From Spirochaetia bacterium (GTDB lineage Bacteria > Spirochaetota > Spirochaetia > SZUA-6 > Bin103): DNA of 64,000 nucleotides. The position numbers and the translations under genes were made by a program. Below are positions 53,093 through 62,752 of the stretch, piece after piece. The stretch spans positions 608,001 to 672,000 of the forward strand of contig CBDATQ010000002.1 in assembly GCA_965199955.1 (NCBI GenBank), written 5' to 3'. Under the pieces are notes generated by a model. The model was given only the letters and a program-made list of their open reading frames with translations. It made no database searches and was not told the origin of the DNA. The number at the start of each line of letters is the position of its first letter. Within the stretch, counting starts at the first letter, position 1.

Positions 53093-54568
53093 ATGAGCAA
53101 CGCTGACGGAGCCCGCCGCCCCAACATCATCCTGATCATCACCGATCAGCAGCGCTACGAGACGGTGGGCGCGTTGGGGTATCCCCACGTCGACACGCCG
53201 CACGTCGACCGGCTGGTGCGCGAGGGAGTGAGCTTCTCGCAGTGCCACGTGACCGCGCCGTCGTGCGGCCCGTCGCGGGCCAGCCTGTTCACGGGCTTCT
53301 ATCCGCACAACGCCGGCGCCCTGCGCAACAACGACCCGTGGCCGCGGACCTGGGTCGGCGACCTGCGAGCGGCCGGCTATCACTGCGTCAACGTGGGCAA
53401 GATGCACGCCACGCCGTACGAGGAGATGCACGGATTCCACGAGCGGTTCGTGGTGGAGAACAAGCAGCGCCGCCGCGCGGAGCGGCTGTGGAGCGGCGAT
53501 CGTCACGTGCTCGACGACGAGTGGGACAAGGCGCTGGCCGTGCACGGACTGGAGCGGCCGGAGAGGCCGTTCTACCAGGCGTGGCCGGACGTCGGAGAGC
53601 GGCAGGGCGCCTACGAATGGCGGCTGCCGGAGGAGCTCCATCCCGACGTGTTCGTGGGCGGGTTGGCGCGCCGCTGGATCGACCGGGCGCCGGACATGGA
53701 CGACGAGCCGCTCTTCCTGCAGATCGGCTTTCCCGGTCCGCATCCGCCGTACGACCCGATCGAGCGCTACGCACAGCCGTACCTGCAGCGCGAACTGCCC
53801 ATCCTGCCGGCCACGCGGGCGGAGATCGACCGGCAGCCGTCGACCCTGCACGCGCTGCGCGCCCGCCTGACCGAGCGCATGGCCGACTCCATCGCCTTCG
53901 ATCCGCTCGCGCCCGCGGAGCAGCGGCACCGGCAGCGCGCCTACTACCTGGCCAACATGACCATGATCGACGAGCAGGTGGGCGCCATCCTGGAGCACTT
54001 GGAAGCCCGCGGGTTCCTGGACGACGCGGTGGTGATCTTCACGTCCGATCACGGCGACTGCCTGGGCGACCACGGCCTGGTGGAGAAGTGGAACATGTAC
54101 GACTCGTCCGTGCGGGTGCCGCTGGTGGTGTGGAGCCCCGGCCGCTTCGGCGGGGGCCGCACCTGCGACGCCCTGACGCAGTGGTTCGACATCGGCCCCA
54201 CGGTGCTGGAGCTGGCCGGCGTCGCGCCGCACGCGAAGATGGAGGCCGTGTCGCTGCTGCCGCACCTGCAGGACCGCCCGGACGCGGAGCGGCGGCGCTA
54301 CGTGTACTCCGAGCACGCCACCGACTTCATTCTGCGGGCGGTCGGGCACCTGTTGATGGTGCGCGACGAGCGCTACAAGCTGGTCGAGTACTTGGGCACC
54401 GGCGAGGGGCAGCTCTTCGACCTGAAGGCCGACCCCGACGAGCTCGACGACCTGTGGTTCGACGGCGCCTGCCGGCGAATCAGGGACGAGCTCCGGGAGC
54501 GACTGCAGCGGTGGTTCGTGACCAGCACGATCGCTGCTTCCGGCTGGTGGAAGCCGGCAAGACCATGA
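53093..54568 (+). CDS. Sulfatase (Cys-type)
   Basis: PNIILIITDQQR, CGPSRAS..TG, GKMH, PHPPY, TSDHGD, EK. Confidence 0.95.
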   Translation: MSNADGARRPNIILIITDQQRYETVGALGYPHVDTPHVDRLVREGVSFSQCHVTAPSCGPSRASLFTGFYPHNAGALRNNDPWPRTWVGDLRAAGYHCVNVGKMHATPYEEMHGFHERFVVENKQRRRAERLWSGDRHVLDDEWDKALAVHGLERPERPFYQAWPDVGERQGAYEWRLPEELHPDVFVGGLARRWIDRAPDMDDEPLFLQIGFPGPHPPYDPIERYAQPYLQRELPILPATRAEIDRQPSTLHALRARLTERMADSIAFDPLAPAEQRHRQRAYYLANMTMIDEQVGAILEHLEARGFLDDAVVIFTSDHGDCLGDHGLVEKWNMYDSSVRVPLVVWSPGRFGGGRTCDALTQWFDIGPTVLELAGVAPHAKMEAVSLLPHLQDRPDAERRRYVYSEHATDFILRAVGHLLMVRDERYKLVEYLGTGEGQLFDLKADPDELDDLWFDGACRRIRDELRERLQRWFVTSTIAASGWWKPARP

Positions 54569-54601
54569 CGAGGCGACACGGGACCGAGGAGGAAGTGAGC
54601 C

Positions 54602-55858
54602 ATGGACGGAGGTAACGGAACGGCGGGCAACGGTCTCGCCGCGGACATCGATCGCGACCGGTTTCTCCGCGAGGGATTCCTGATCGTTCCGGCGGTGATC
54701 GAACCGGCGCGGCTTCCCGAGGTGCGCCGCGCCTACGAGATCCTGATGGAGCGCCAGAGGGCGGTGTGGGCCGCCGAGCGCGCACCCGACGATCCGCCCG
54801 GCGGCATGTGGGAGACCGCGCGGCAGCCGCGCCTGCACCTATCGCGCGAGCTTGGCGCGCAGGTGGACGGGAGCTGCGCGGCGGCGGTCGAGGTATGGAC
54901 CCGCGACCGGCTGCGCGCGGTGGCCGACCGGCTGCTGGGCGTCGAGGACGCGGGCGTCACCGAGCTGATGATGATGTGCAGCCCGGTGCGCGACCACGGC
55001 CCGGCCAACTGGCACCGCGACATCCACCCGATCGACACCGCGCCCCTGCGCGGCTACATCGATGACATCGTCGAGAACGGGCCGTCCTACATCCAGTGGA
55101 ACATCCCGCTGTACGACGACGACGTGCTGTGGGTCATGCCGGGAACGCACGTCCGCGTGAATACCGAGCAGGAGAACCGCCTGTTGCTGGAGGACGACCG
55201 CCGGCCGCTGCCGGACGCCGTGCAGACCCGTCTGCGTGCCGGCGACGGCGTCGTCTACATCACGCCGATCCTGCACTGGGGTAGCAACTACAGTGCCCGG
55301 CTGCGCCGCACCGTGCACGGCGGCTTCTCGCCCTTCGCGCTGCGGGAGGACGATCCGTTCGTCGCTCATCTGCAGCCGCCGGCGCAGGAGATCTTCCGGC
55401 GCTGGCAACGCGCGAGCGACGCCAAGAAGAACCGCACGGAGGGGGCGCTGCGCGCGGCGCTGGCCGGCGACGCTACCGCCTACGACCGGGCCCTGTCGGA
55501 GCTGCGGCCCGGCGTGGCGGAGAAGGGCAAGCTGCTGCAGACGGTGTTCCTGACCAAGGCGGCGCTATTCATCCGCCTCCGCAAGCGGCCGGAGATGCGG
55601 TCCACCGTCCCCGAGCGGGTCGCAGTCGCAAGCGCCACCCAGCACCCGATCACGCTGAACTGGGGTCCGTGGTTCGCGGAACGGTTCACCGCCGAGGAGG
55701 CAGATCTCCTGTGGCAGCGTTTCGCGCCGATGGAAGCACGACTGAACGGCGACGAAGAGGGCTTCATGCCGGGCTTCCAGGCCGAGCGCATGCGCCACTC
55801 GTTCGTGGACATGCCGGCGGCCTTCGGCGTCGCCGAGCTCACCGCCACGTGGTCGTGA
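54602..55858 (+). CDS. PhyH-family dioxygenase with C-terminal extension
   Basis: FLREGFL, WHRD, VMPGTH, AGDGVVY..LHWG. Confidence 0.87.
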   Translation: MDGGNGTAGNGLAADIDRDRFLREGFLIVPAVIEPARLPEVRRAYEILMERQRAVWAAERAPDDPPGGMWETARQPRLHLSRELGAQVDGSCAAAVEVWTRDRLRAVADRLLGVEDAGVTELMMMCSPVRDHGPANWHRDIHPIDTAPLRGYIDDIVENGPSYIQWNIPLYDDDVLWVMPGTHVRVNTEQENRLLLEDDRRPLPDAVQTRLRAGDGVVYITPILHWGSNYSARLRRTVHGGFSPFALREDDPFVAHLQPPAQEIFRRWQRASDAKKNRTEGALRAALAGDATAYDRALSELRPGVAEKGKLLQTVFLTKAALFIRLRKRPEMRSTVPERVAVASATQHPITLNWGPWFAERFTAEEADLLWQRFAPMEARLNGDEEGFMPGFQAERMRHSFVDMPAAFGVAELTATWS

Positions 55859-55869
55859 CGAGGGGAACG

Positions 55870-56167
55870 TTAAGTCGCTCTTGGCAAGCCATTCCTTGAT
55901 CGCTTGAGCGGTCTGTTCGACGAGGGTGCGCATCGGCAGGCACCAAACCAGCCGCCGCGGCGTGCCTGCCGGGTTCCGCAGACGGTGCGCGATCCAGCCG
56001 AGCGTCACCCCGGCCGTCTTGCCTGAGCCCCGTGGGGGCAACCAGGACGCGCGGCCCACCGCATCGGTAGCAAACTTCAACTGCCAATCATACGCATCCG
56101 CGCCGTCGCCGAATACGGTTCGATAGATGGTTGCTCCGTCCACGACTACGGCACCATCCCGGCTCAC
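55870..56167 (-). pseudogene. cas3: 5' stub of a type I-G (I-U)-like Cas3 helicase
   Basis: AYDWQ Q-motif, VLVAPTG/SGKT split by a local frame switch, TPRRLVWCLPMRTLVEQT motif Ia; stops after about 100 codons. Confidence 0.78.
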
Positions 56168-56177
56168 CTTAACTACT

Positions 56178-56236
56178 GAGAATTATAATAACTAATGGGA
56201 ATTATATACCAAGGTGCCATGAATACAATAATTCCC
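56178..56236. promoter_or_regulatory. AT-rich promoter/operator upstream of the cas3 stub
   Basis: GGGAATTAT(56197-56205)-N22-ATAATTCCC(56228-56236); extra GAATTAT at 56180. Confidence 0.5.
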
Positions 56237-56239
56237 TTA

Positions 56240-57541
56240 CTACTCCGGTTTCTCTCCGCTACCCGTCCCGCGCGGCGTCTGTTCGGTCGGCACGCTCTCC
56301 AGATCGCAGTCTCCGGCAAGGGCGGACAGCGTTCTCTGGCGGGTCAGTTCTCCCAGCAAGCGGCGTTCGGCGTCGAGTATCGGGATCGGCAGGCGGCTGT
56401 CGGCCACGACCGCCAGGAGCTCGTCCAGGCACTGGTCGCCTTGGGCCGTCGGGGTGTTGTCGCGCAGGATCTTCCGAAGATCCCGATCTCCGCGTATGAC
56501 GGCATCCGGCACGTCGTCGACTTCCACGTAGCCGCGATAGCGGCTCTCCCCTTCGGTCACGAACTCGATTCTCCGGCCGTTGCCGTACGTCTCGGCCAGC
56601 GCCTTGTCGGGCGAGGTGTCCACGTCCAGCGCGGTGACCTTCTCCATCGTCGCCCAGGCGGTCAGGACGCGCGAGCGGTTGACGTCGCGCACGAACTCCT
56701 GGACGTAGTCGTCCGCCGGGTTGGTGATGATGTCGATGGGCGCGCCGACCTGCACGGCCTTGCCGTCCTTGAGGATGGCGACGTGGTCGCCGAGGCGCAA
56801 CGCCTCGTCCAGGTCGTGGGTGATGAACACTATCGTCTTGCGCAGGTCGCGCTGCAGGCGGATCAGCTCGTCCTGCATGTCGCGCCGGATCAGAGGGTCC
56901 AGCGCGCTGAACGGCTCGTCCATCAGCAGGATCTCCGGGTCGGTGCAGAGCGCCCGCGCCAGGCCGACGCGCTGCTGCATGCCTCCCGAGAGCTGGCGCG
57001 GCCGCATGCGCTCGTAGCCCTGCAGCCCGACGACCTCGATCCACCGGGCGGCGCGCTCCAGGCGTTCCTCCTTGGGCATGCCCTGAACCCTCAGGCCGTA
57101 TGCCACATTCTGGACCACGTTCCGGTGCGGGAGCAGTCCGAAGCTCTGGAACACCATGCTCATCCTGGTGCGCCGCAGCTCCGTGATCTCCGCGGCGTCC
57201 ATCTCCACGACATTAGCCCCATCGATCAGCACTTGGCCGGCGGTCGGATCGATGAGCCGGTTCACGCAGCGCACGAAGGTGGACTTGCCGCTGCCGGACA
57301 GGCCCATCACCACGAAGGTCTCCGCGCCCCTGATCCGCAGTGTGACGTTGTCCAGCCCGACCGTGTGGCCGGTCTGCTCCAGGATGTCTTCCTTGCTCAC
57401 ACCCGCGTCGACCTGCGCCATCACTTCCTGCGGACGTTGGCCGAAGATCTTGTACAAGTGGCGTACTTCGATGTCGCTCGGGTCGGCGATGCCGTTGCCC
57501 GAGCCGGCGCCGTTGTCAGGTCCCACTGTGGTGTTCTCCAT
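56240..57541 (-). CDS. proV: Glycine betaine/proline ABC transporter ATPase (ProV/OpuAA-like)
   Basis: GLSGSGKS, LSGGMQQRVGLARAL, MDEPFSALDPLIR, C-terminal CBS-like region. Confidence 0.92.
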   Translation of the reverse strand: MENTTVGPDNGAGSGNGIADPSDIEVRHLYKIFGQRPQEVMAQVDAGVSKEDILEQTGHTVGLDNVTLRIRGAETFVVMGLSGSGKSTFVRCVNRLIDPTAGQVLIDGANVVEMDAAEITELRRTRMSMVFQSFGLLPHRNVVQNVAYGLRVQGMPKEERLERAARWIEVVGLQGYERMRPRQLSGGMQQRVGLARALCTDPEILLMDEPFSALDPLIRRDMQDELIRLQRDLRKTIVFITHDLDEALRLGDHVAILKDGKAVQVGAPIDIITNPADDYVQEFVRDVNRSRVLTAWATMEKVTALDVDTSPDKALAETYGNGRRIEFVTEGESRYRGYVEVDDVPDAVIRGDRDLRKILRDNTPTAQGDQCLDELLAVVADSRLPIPILDAERRLLGELTRQRTLSALAGDCDLESVPTEQTPRGTGSGEKPE

Positions 57542-57547
57542 TGCGGC

Positions 57548-58459
57548 CTAGGTTTTCAGGGCCTGCGTCGGGTCCAGACGAGCGCCATAGGCGGCCGTCA
57601 CGCGATCCAGAATCACGGCCAGGGCCAGGACGGCGAGACCGGACTCCAGCCCGAACCCGACGTCGCCGTTGTTGACCCCGCGCAGCACGTTGGCCCCCAG
57701 GCCGCGGGCGCCGATCATGGAGGCGATCACGGCCATCGCCAGCGCCATCATGATCGACTGGTTGACGCCGGTCATGATGGCCGGCATCGCCAGCGGCATG
57801 CGCACGCCCCAGAGGATCTGGCGGCTGGTCGCCCCGAACGCGTCCGCCGCCTCGACGGTGGACCGGTCCACCAGGCGGATGCCCAGGTTGGTGAGCCGCA
57901 CCATCGGCGGCACGGCGTACACGCAGATCGCGAAGATCGCCGAAACGTTGCCGAGCCCCAGAAAGAACACCACCGGAATCAGGTAGACGAACGGCGGCAG
58001 GGTCTGCATCGCGTCAAGGATCGGGCTGATGACCGCGCGCACCCACCGATTGGTGGCCATCAGGATGCCGGCGGGTATGCCGGTCACCACCGTGATCGAG
58101 GTGGCGACGAGCATCAGGGCCAGCGTCCGCATCGTGTCGTCCCAGAGGTTCATCATCCCGATGACGACGAGGGAGGCCACCAGCCCGAGGGTCATGAGCC
58201 CATGTCGCGACGCGTGCCACGAAACCAGGCCGATGACCGCGACGATCAGCCACCACGGCACCCAGAGCAGCGAAAGCTCGACATACCGGAGTACCAGCAG
58301 CAACTGGTCACTGATGGCATCGACGACGGTGCCGAATTCACGCAGCAGGAACTTCAGCGCGTCGTTGGTCCACTCCCGGAGCGGGATCTGGCACCCTTCG
58401 GGGAAGGTGCTGAGAATGCCGCCGAGACTGCCGGCGCACTCTTGAAACCACGTGCCCAT
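57548..58459 (-). CDS. proW: Glycine betaine/proline ABC transporter permease
   Basis: PILDAMQTLPPFVYLIP, EAADAFGA, GVNQSIMMAL. Confidence 0.92.
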   Translation of the reverse strand: MGTWFQECAGSLGGILSTFPEGCQIPLREWTNDALKFLLREFGTVVDAISDQLLLVLRYVELSLLWVPWWLIVAVIGLVSWHASRHGLMTLGLVASLVVIGMMNLWDDTMRTLALMLVATSITVVTGIPAGILMATNRWVRAVISPILDAMQTLPPFVYLIPVVFFLGLGNVSAIFAICVYAVPPMVRLTNLGIRLVDRSTVEAADAFGATSRQILWGVRMPLAMPAIMTGVNQSIMMALAMAVIASMIGARGLGANVLRGVNNGDVGFGLESGLAVLALAVILDRVTAAYGARLDPTQALKT

Positions 58460-58522
58460 ATCAGCAAAGAGCCGTCATGGCGATGTCGAGGATGCTGCGT
58501 GGGTCCACTCGCTCAGATGCAG

Positions 58523-58553
58523 GAACGGGGGTGCCAGTGTGGCACCCCCGTTC
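58523..58553. other. Intra-operon stem-loop
   Basis: Perfect 14-bp IR GAACGGGGGTGCCA-gtg-TGGCACCCCCGTTC between the binding-protein and permease genes. Confidence 0.7.
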
Positions 58554-58602
58554 AGCGTCACTCACATCGTGTGTGCCGACAGGCGTCGGCCTCTCTAGTT
58601 CC

Positions 58603-59667
58603 CTAGTTGAGGGAAGCCTGGATGCGTCCGGCGACCTCATCGGACACCCACGCACTCCACACCTCCATCTCGTTCATGAGGAACTCGCGAGCCGCGTCGA
58701 CTGCGTCGACTTCGTTGGACATCATCTGCAGATAGGGGGCCAACTCCTGCAGGGTGACTGCATAGGCATCCAGGAAGGCGACCATCCCCTCGGAGGCGGC
58801 CTCCGAGAAGTCCTTGCTCAGTGCCACATGGAGAACGGAGGTTGGAAATGCGCATCCGCGGTCGCCGTCCACCCAGCACTCGTCCGAGTACGCCGGCTCC
58901 TCCAAGACCACCATGTCGTAGGTCCCGAGCACCCATGTTGGGCTCCAGTAGTAGCCGAGCCAGGGCTCGCCCTTTTCGTACGCACCGATGAGCGAGGCCG
59001 CCAAGGCTGCTGAGGTGCCCGGCCTGAAGTTCGTGAAGTGCTCGTCCAGTCCGTACGTCGCCATCTTGTCGTTGTTGACGACCTCGCACTGCCAGCCGAT
59101 GACGCAGTTGTAGAAGCGGCCCTTGCTGGGCTCTTCGGGATCCTTGAACAGCTCGGCGTAGCGAGGCAGATCGTCGATCGACTTCAGGTCCGGAGCCATC
59201 GGCTCGATGCCGCGATCTGCGTCGCCCTCGATCACGAAGCGTGGCACCAGGAACGAGAACTCACCGGCTCCGTCCATGCTCATGCCGAGGTCGATTACGT
59301 CACCGGCGTCAGCCGCTTCAAAGTAGACGTCTGGTGCAGTGTTGAACCAGATCTCCATGTTGATGTCGATGTCGCCGCGCACCAGTCCCTGGACCATGGG
59401 AATGGTCGCTCCCGGGATGTCCGTGTACTCGCAGCCAAATCCGGCCTGAAGGATCTGCCCGGATATGTGGTTCTGGAGCTGAGCGCTCGCCCAGTTGAGC
59501 CCGGCGAACACCAGTTCGCGGCCGAGGCCGTTGCAGTCCTCCGTGTCGGCGACTGCGATCGGCGCCACCAGGGCGATGCCGATCAGGGCGATGAGGAGCC
59601 TTCGGGGCCCTCTACGAGCTAAGCTTTCTGTCGAATCCGAATCTGTGGATGTAGACATAACGCTCAT
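58603..59667 (-). CDS. proX: Glycine betaine ABC transporter substrate-binding protein
   Basis: Signal peptide, LNWASA, EIW, CVIGWQC, YYWSPT; start uncertain. Confidence 0.88.
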   Translation of the reverse strand: MSVMSTSTDSDSTESLARRGPRRLLIALIGIALVAPIAVADTEDCNGLGRELVFAGLNWASAQLQNHISGQILQAGFGCEYTDIPGATIPMVQGLVRGDIDINMEIWFNTAPDVYFEAADAGDVIDLGMSMDGAGEFSFLVPRFVIEGDADRGIEPMAPDLKSIDDLPRYAELFKDPEEPSKGRFYNCVIGWQCEVVNNDKMATYGLDEHFTNFRPGTSAALAASLIGAYEKGEPWLGYYWSPTWVLGTYDMVVLEEPAYSDECWVDGDRGCAFPTSVLHVALSKDFSEAASEGMVAFLDAYAVTLQELAPYLQMMSNEVDAVDAAREFLMNEMEVWSAWVSDEVAGRIQASLN

Positions 59668-59739
59668 GATCGTGGCATGGCTGGCGCGGGGGTGCAAGGC
59701 GCCGCCGCCGGCGATCGCCGATCAGCATCATCGATCGGG

Positions 59740-60135
59740 TAACGTCAGGCAGTGATGGATGTTACGCGGGAGGACGGGCGGCAGAATCGTTCGAGGATCG
59801 ATCGCCGTTCCGGGGTCAGGCGGCGCATCAGCGCCGCCGACGGCTCGTAGTTGAAGCGGGTGCGCACGAATCGCACGGAGTACCGGTACCGCACGGTGCG
59901 GCGGTAGCCGGCACTGGTGCGTCGCGCCGAACCGTGCGTGCCCCGCGTCGGCGAACAGCGGGGCGTTGCCGGCCTCCACGCAGACCTCCTGCGTGACCAG
60001 CGCGGTGCCGGCCGCCTCCCGTTTGTGGCTGGCTGTGGCTAGGGGCGCCGTCGACTGCCAGCCTGGGACGGGTCTGGGTCACGTTGTGACTGCCCGGAAC
60101 CAGCACCGTGGGACCGTCGCGGAGGCGATGCTCGT
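59740..60135 (-). pseudogene. Decayed duplicate of the 3' half of the PhyH gene at 61756..62625
   Basis: Aligns by eye with 61734..62132, with scattered substitutions and indels; DGPTVLVPGSH and RFVRTRFNYE retained. Confidence 0.85.
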
Positions 60136-60269
60136 AATCCAGGGAGGCTCGGTGGGCGATCCGTGGGGCGCGATTGTCCCCTAAGACGGTGCGGCGAGGC
60201 ATGCCGGGCGATGAGCCTGACACAGGCACGCCCCGTAGGAGGACGCTGGCGAGCGGATCGGAGTGCCGA

Positions 60270-60830
60270 GCTGCGGATCAGCCCGGGCGCCCAGTCGAGC
60301 GCGGCGAGCTTGTGGCCTCGTAACGCAGCTCGTGACACCACACCCGTCTCTCACGCGGCGCGCCACGTAGTCGATGCCCGAGGACTCCAGGCCGCTGAGC
60401 GTCGCGCCGTCGGCGAAGCCGGCGTCGATGCGCAGCAGCACCGACTCGCACACCCGGCGCACGCGCTTGGTCACCGCCTGGATGAACTCAAGCGCCCCGT
60501 CGGCCGACCCCACCGCGCCGGGCCGCAGCGTGCCGGCTGCTCTCGGAGCAACTGGCGATGAGCGCATGAAACATCCGCTGCCCGCAGTACCCGTTGTACT
60601 CGCTGCCGGCCTGCTGACCGTGGACGTGCGCCGGCAGGCCGTCCACGTCGACGATCAACCGCTTGTACCGCCGGCCCTGATTGCTCATCTCCAGCCGGCG
60701 CAGCGCCTGTTCGATGACCGCTTCGCGCAGCACCTCCTGATGTGCGCTCAACACGTCCCGCAGCCGTGACAGCGTCGGCTGCGAGGGCAGCACGTTGTCC
60801 TGCTCCAGGGCCGCGTGCCGCGGCGGCTGT
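60270..60830 (-). mobile_element. IS1380-family transposase remnant
   Basis: SQPTLSRL, DVDG..VHGQQ.GSEYNGY, LRPG, LRIDAGF, GIDYVAR; frameshifted and truncated. Confidence 0.8.
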
Positions 60831-60869
60831 TGTTGGTCACCCGAAGGCTCGGGTCCGACGAGCCCGCCT

Positions 60870-61140
60870 ACCCGGGCCTGCCCATGCACGCGGCGGAGCA
60901 GACGAAGCGGCGTGTTCGACGGCGAAACTGTGCCGGCCAGCGATACGGTGGTGAGGCTGTCGAGCCGCACACCGACCGACATCATCCGCAAGGGGTGAGT
61001 GCCAGAGGCTACGGATACAGGATCAACCTGAGCGCCGGGCGCAGTGCGCTGGTGCTCGGTGCTCGATGTGTTGGTCGAAGTGGTCGGAGAGGCAACCCTG
61101 CCGATCGTGAACGCTGCCTGCCGATGCTGCGAGGGCAGTG
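60870..61140 (+). mobile_element. ISNCY/IS5-like transposase remnant
   Basis: Across frames: QTKRRVFDGETVPA..EPHTDIIRKG..YGYRINLSAGRSALVL..GNPADRERCLPML. Confidence 0.65.
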
Positions 61141-61191
61141 GAGACTGGTGAGCCGCCGCAGCCGGTGGCGTTCGATCGCGGCTGGCGCCTT

Positions 61192-61237
61192 CCATTTCTC
61201 CGTAGCCGGGCTCCCCATTTCTCCATAGCCGGGCTCC
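61192..61237. repeat. 23-bp tandem duplication
   Basis: CCATTTCTCCgTAGCCGGGCTCC / CCATTTCTCCaTAGCCGGGCTCC. Confidence 0.85.
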
Positions 61238-61403
61238 CCTTTCCCGCACCTCAGGCATTGAGTAGCGCAACATCAGTGCATTGCTGATGTCTTTGGCCCT
61301 CAGACGTGCCGTCATTGGAAGCACAGACGAGGAGGAGCGATGCTCCGCTCCCTTTCTGGACATGCGAACTGCCACTACGTAATGGCAAACTAAGGAGACT
61401 TGC

Positions 61404-61634
61404 GTGAATCGAACAATTGCACTGATGGTCACTGCGGCGCTGCTGGTTGGTGCCGTTGACGTGGCTACTGCACAAGAACAGCCGCTTCAAACCAGCTTGA
61501 TTGGCATAGATGGTACCGTGCCTGATCTGGCGGAGATCCTCGGCATTGGCGTTCATATTTCATGTCTACGCAGGAAGTATTCGAGCGATCTCTGCGCCAC
61601 ATGGCTGAGTCATTGGCCGAAAGAATGGGTGTAG
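61404..61634 (+). CDS. Short secreted hypothetical protein, possibly frameshifted
   Basis: TAAGGAG RBS, signal peptide ending ATA-Q; lower-GC patch. Confidence 0.4.
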   Translation: MNRTIALMVTAALLVGAVDVATAQEQPLQTSLIGIDGTVPDLAEILGIGVHISCLRRKYSSDLCATWLSHWPKEWV

Positions 61635-61755
61635 AGAACGTTGCGTATTTCCTGTGCGTGGCCTCCAAGAGGACCCTATAGCGCAATTCCCTCGGCACCT
61701 ACGACAACTTGCCCGGAGCGAAGACCTGTCGGCTAACGTCAAGCGGTGATGGATG

Positions 61756-62625
61756 TTACGCAGTAGGACGGCGCGGTGGAATCGGTTCCAGGATCGATCG
61801 CCGTTCCGGGGTCAGGCGGCGCAGCAGCGCGGCCGAGAGTTCGTAGTTGAAGCGGGTGCGCACGAATCGCGGCGAGTACCGGTACAGCACGGTGCGGCGG
61901 TGGCCGGCATTGGTACGCCGCGCCGAGCCGTGGGTGACCGCGTCGGTGAACAGCAGGGCGTCGCCGGCCTCCAGGTAGACCTCCTGCATGCCGAGCGCGG
62001 TGCCGGCCGCCTCCCGTTCGTGGCTGGCGGCGGCTATGGGGGCGCCGTCGACTGCCAGCCGGGGATGGACCTCGGTGACCTTGTGACTGCCCGGAACCAG
62101 CACCGTGGGACCGTCGCCGGGGCCGATGTCGTGCAGCGCCATCATCACGTTGATCTGACCGACCATCCACTCGCCGGTGTTGCGCTGGCGAAAGGTCATG
62201 TAGCTGATGGGCATGTGCCCGCCGGAGTGGATGTAGAGGAAGCCGCCCGAGCCGCGCACGTTGAGCAGGTTCTCGTGGATGGAGAGTCTGTTGATGGGAT
62301 TGATGAAGCGCGTGACCAGGGGCAGCCACGCCGGGTGGTCGATGAGCCGTTCGAACACCGCGCCGCCTTCCACGATGTTCTGAAAGTTGACGCCGTCGTC
62401 CGGCCCGTAGCTGTGCAGCTCGACGTGGCCGATCCAGCAGTCAGGCCGCACCTGTTCGCCAACCTCGGCGGCCTCCACCGGGAGGTTCTCCACGTAGGAC
62501 CAGTGATCGTCCACCCAGCGATTCATCTCCGCGAGATCGTCGCGGCCGATCGCACCCTTGAGGACCAGGTAGCCTCGGAGGTCGAACAGGTAGTCCAGGT
62601 TCTTGTCACTCGTGCCGGCGTCCAT
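61756..62625 (-). CDS. PhyH-family dioxygenase
   Basis: YLFDLRGYL, IHSGG, DGPTVLVPGSHK, AGDALLFTD..THGS. Confidence 0.92.
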   Translation of the reverse strand: MDAGTSDKNLDYLFDLRGYLVLKGAIGRDDLAEMNRWVDDHWSYVENLPVEAAEVGEQVRPDCWIGHVELHSYGPDDGVNFQNIVEGGAVFERLIDHPAWLPLVTRFINPINRLSIHENLLNVRGSGGFLYIHSGGHMPISYMTFRQRNTGEWMVGQINVMMALHDIGPGDGPTVLVPGSHKVTEVHPRLAVDGAPIAAASHEREAAGTALGMQEVYLEAGDALLFTDAVTHGSARRTNAGHRRTVLYRYSPRFVRTRFNYELSAALLRRLTPERRSILEPIPPRRPTA

Positions 62626-62752
62626 GTTGGCTGTGCCCCTCGCTTCGGAACCCCGACTCTATCCGCAAACCTCCCTGCGTGGCGCGTCTTCACACGCGGA
62701 TCCGGGGAGATCCGAACCATGATTGCGGTGACTCAGGTGGTATGGTTGGGCC

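Noticed and set aside
55858..56240. CRISPR array near the cas3 stub
   Set aside because: No regularly spaced repeats here or elsewhere in the window
59740..62132. Diversity-generating retroelement TR/VR pair
   Set aside because: Mismatches are not adenine-specific, include indels, and no reverse transcriptase is present
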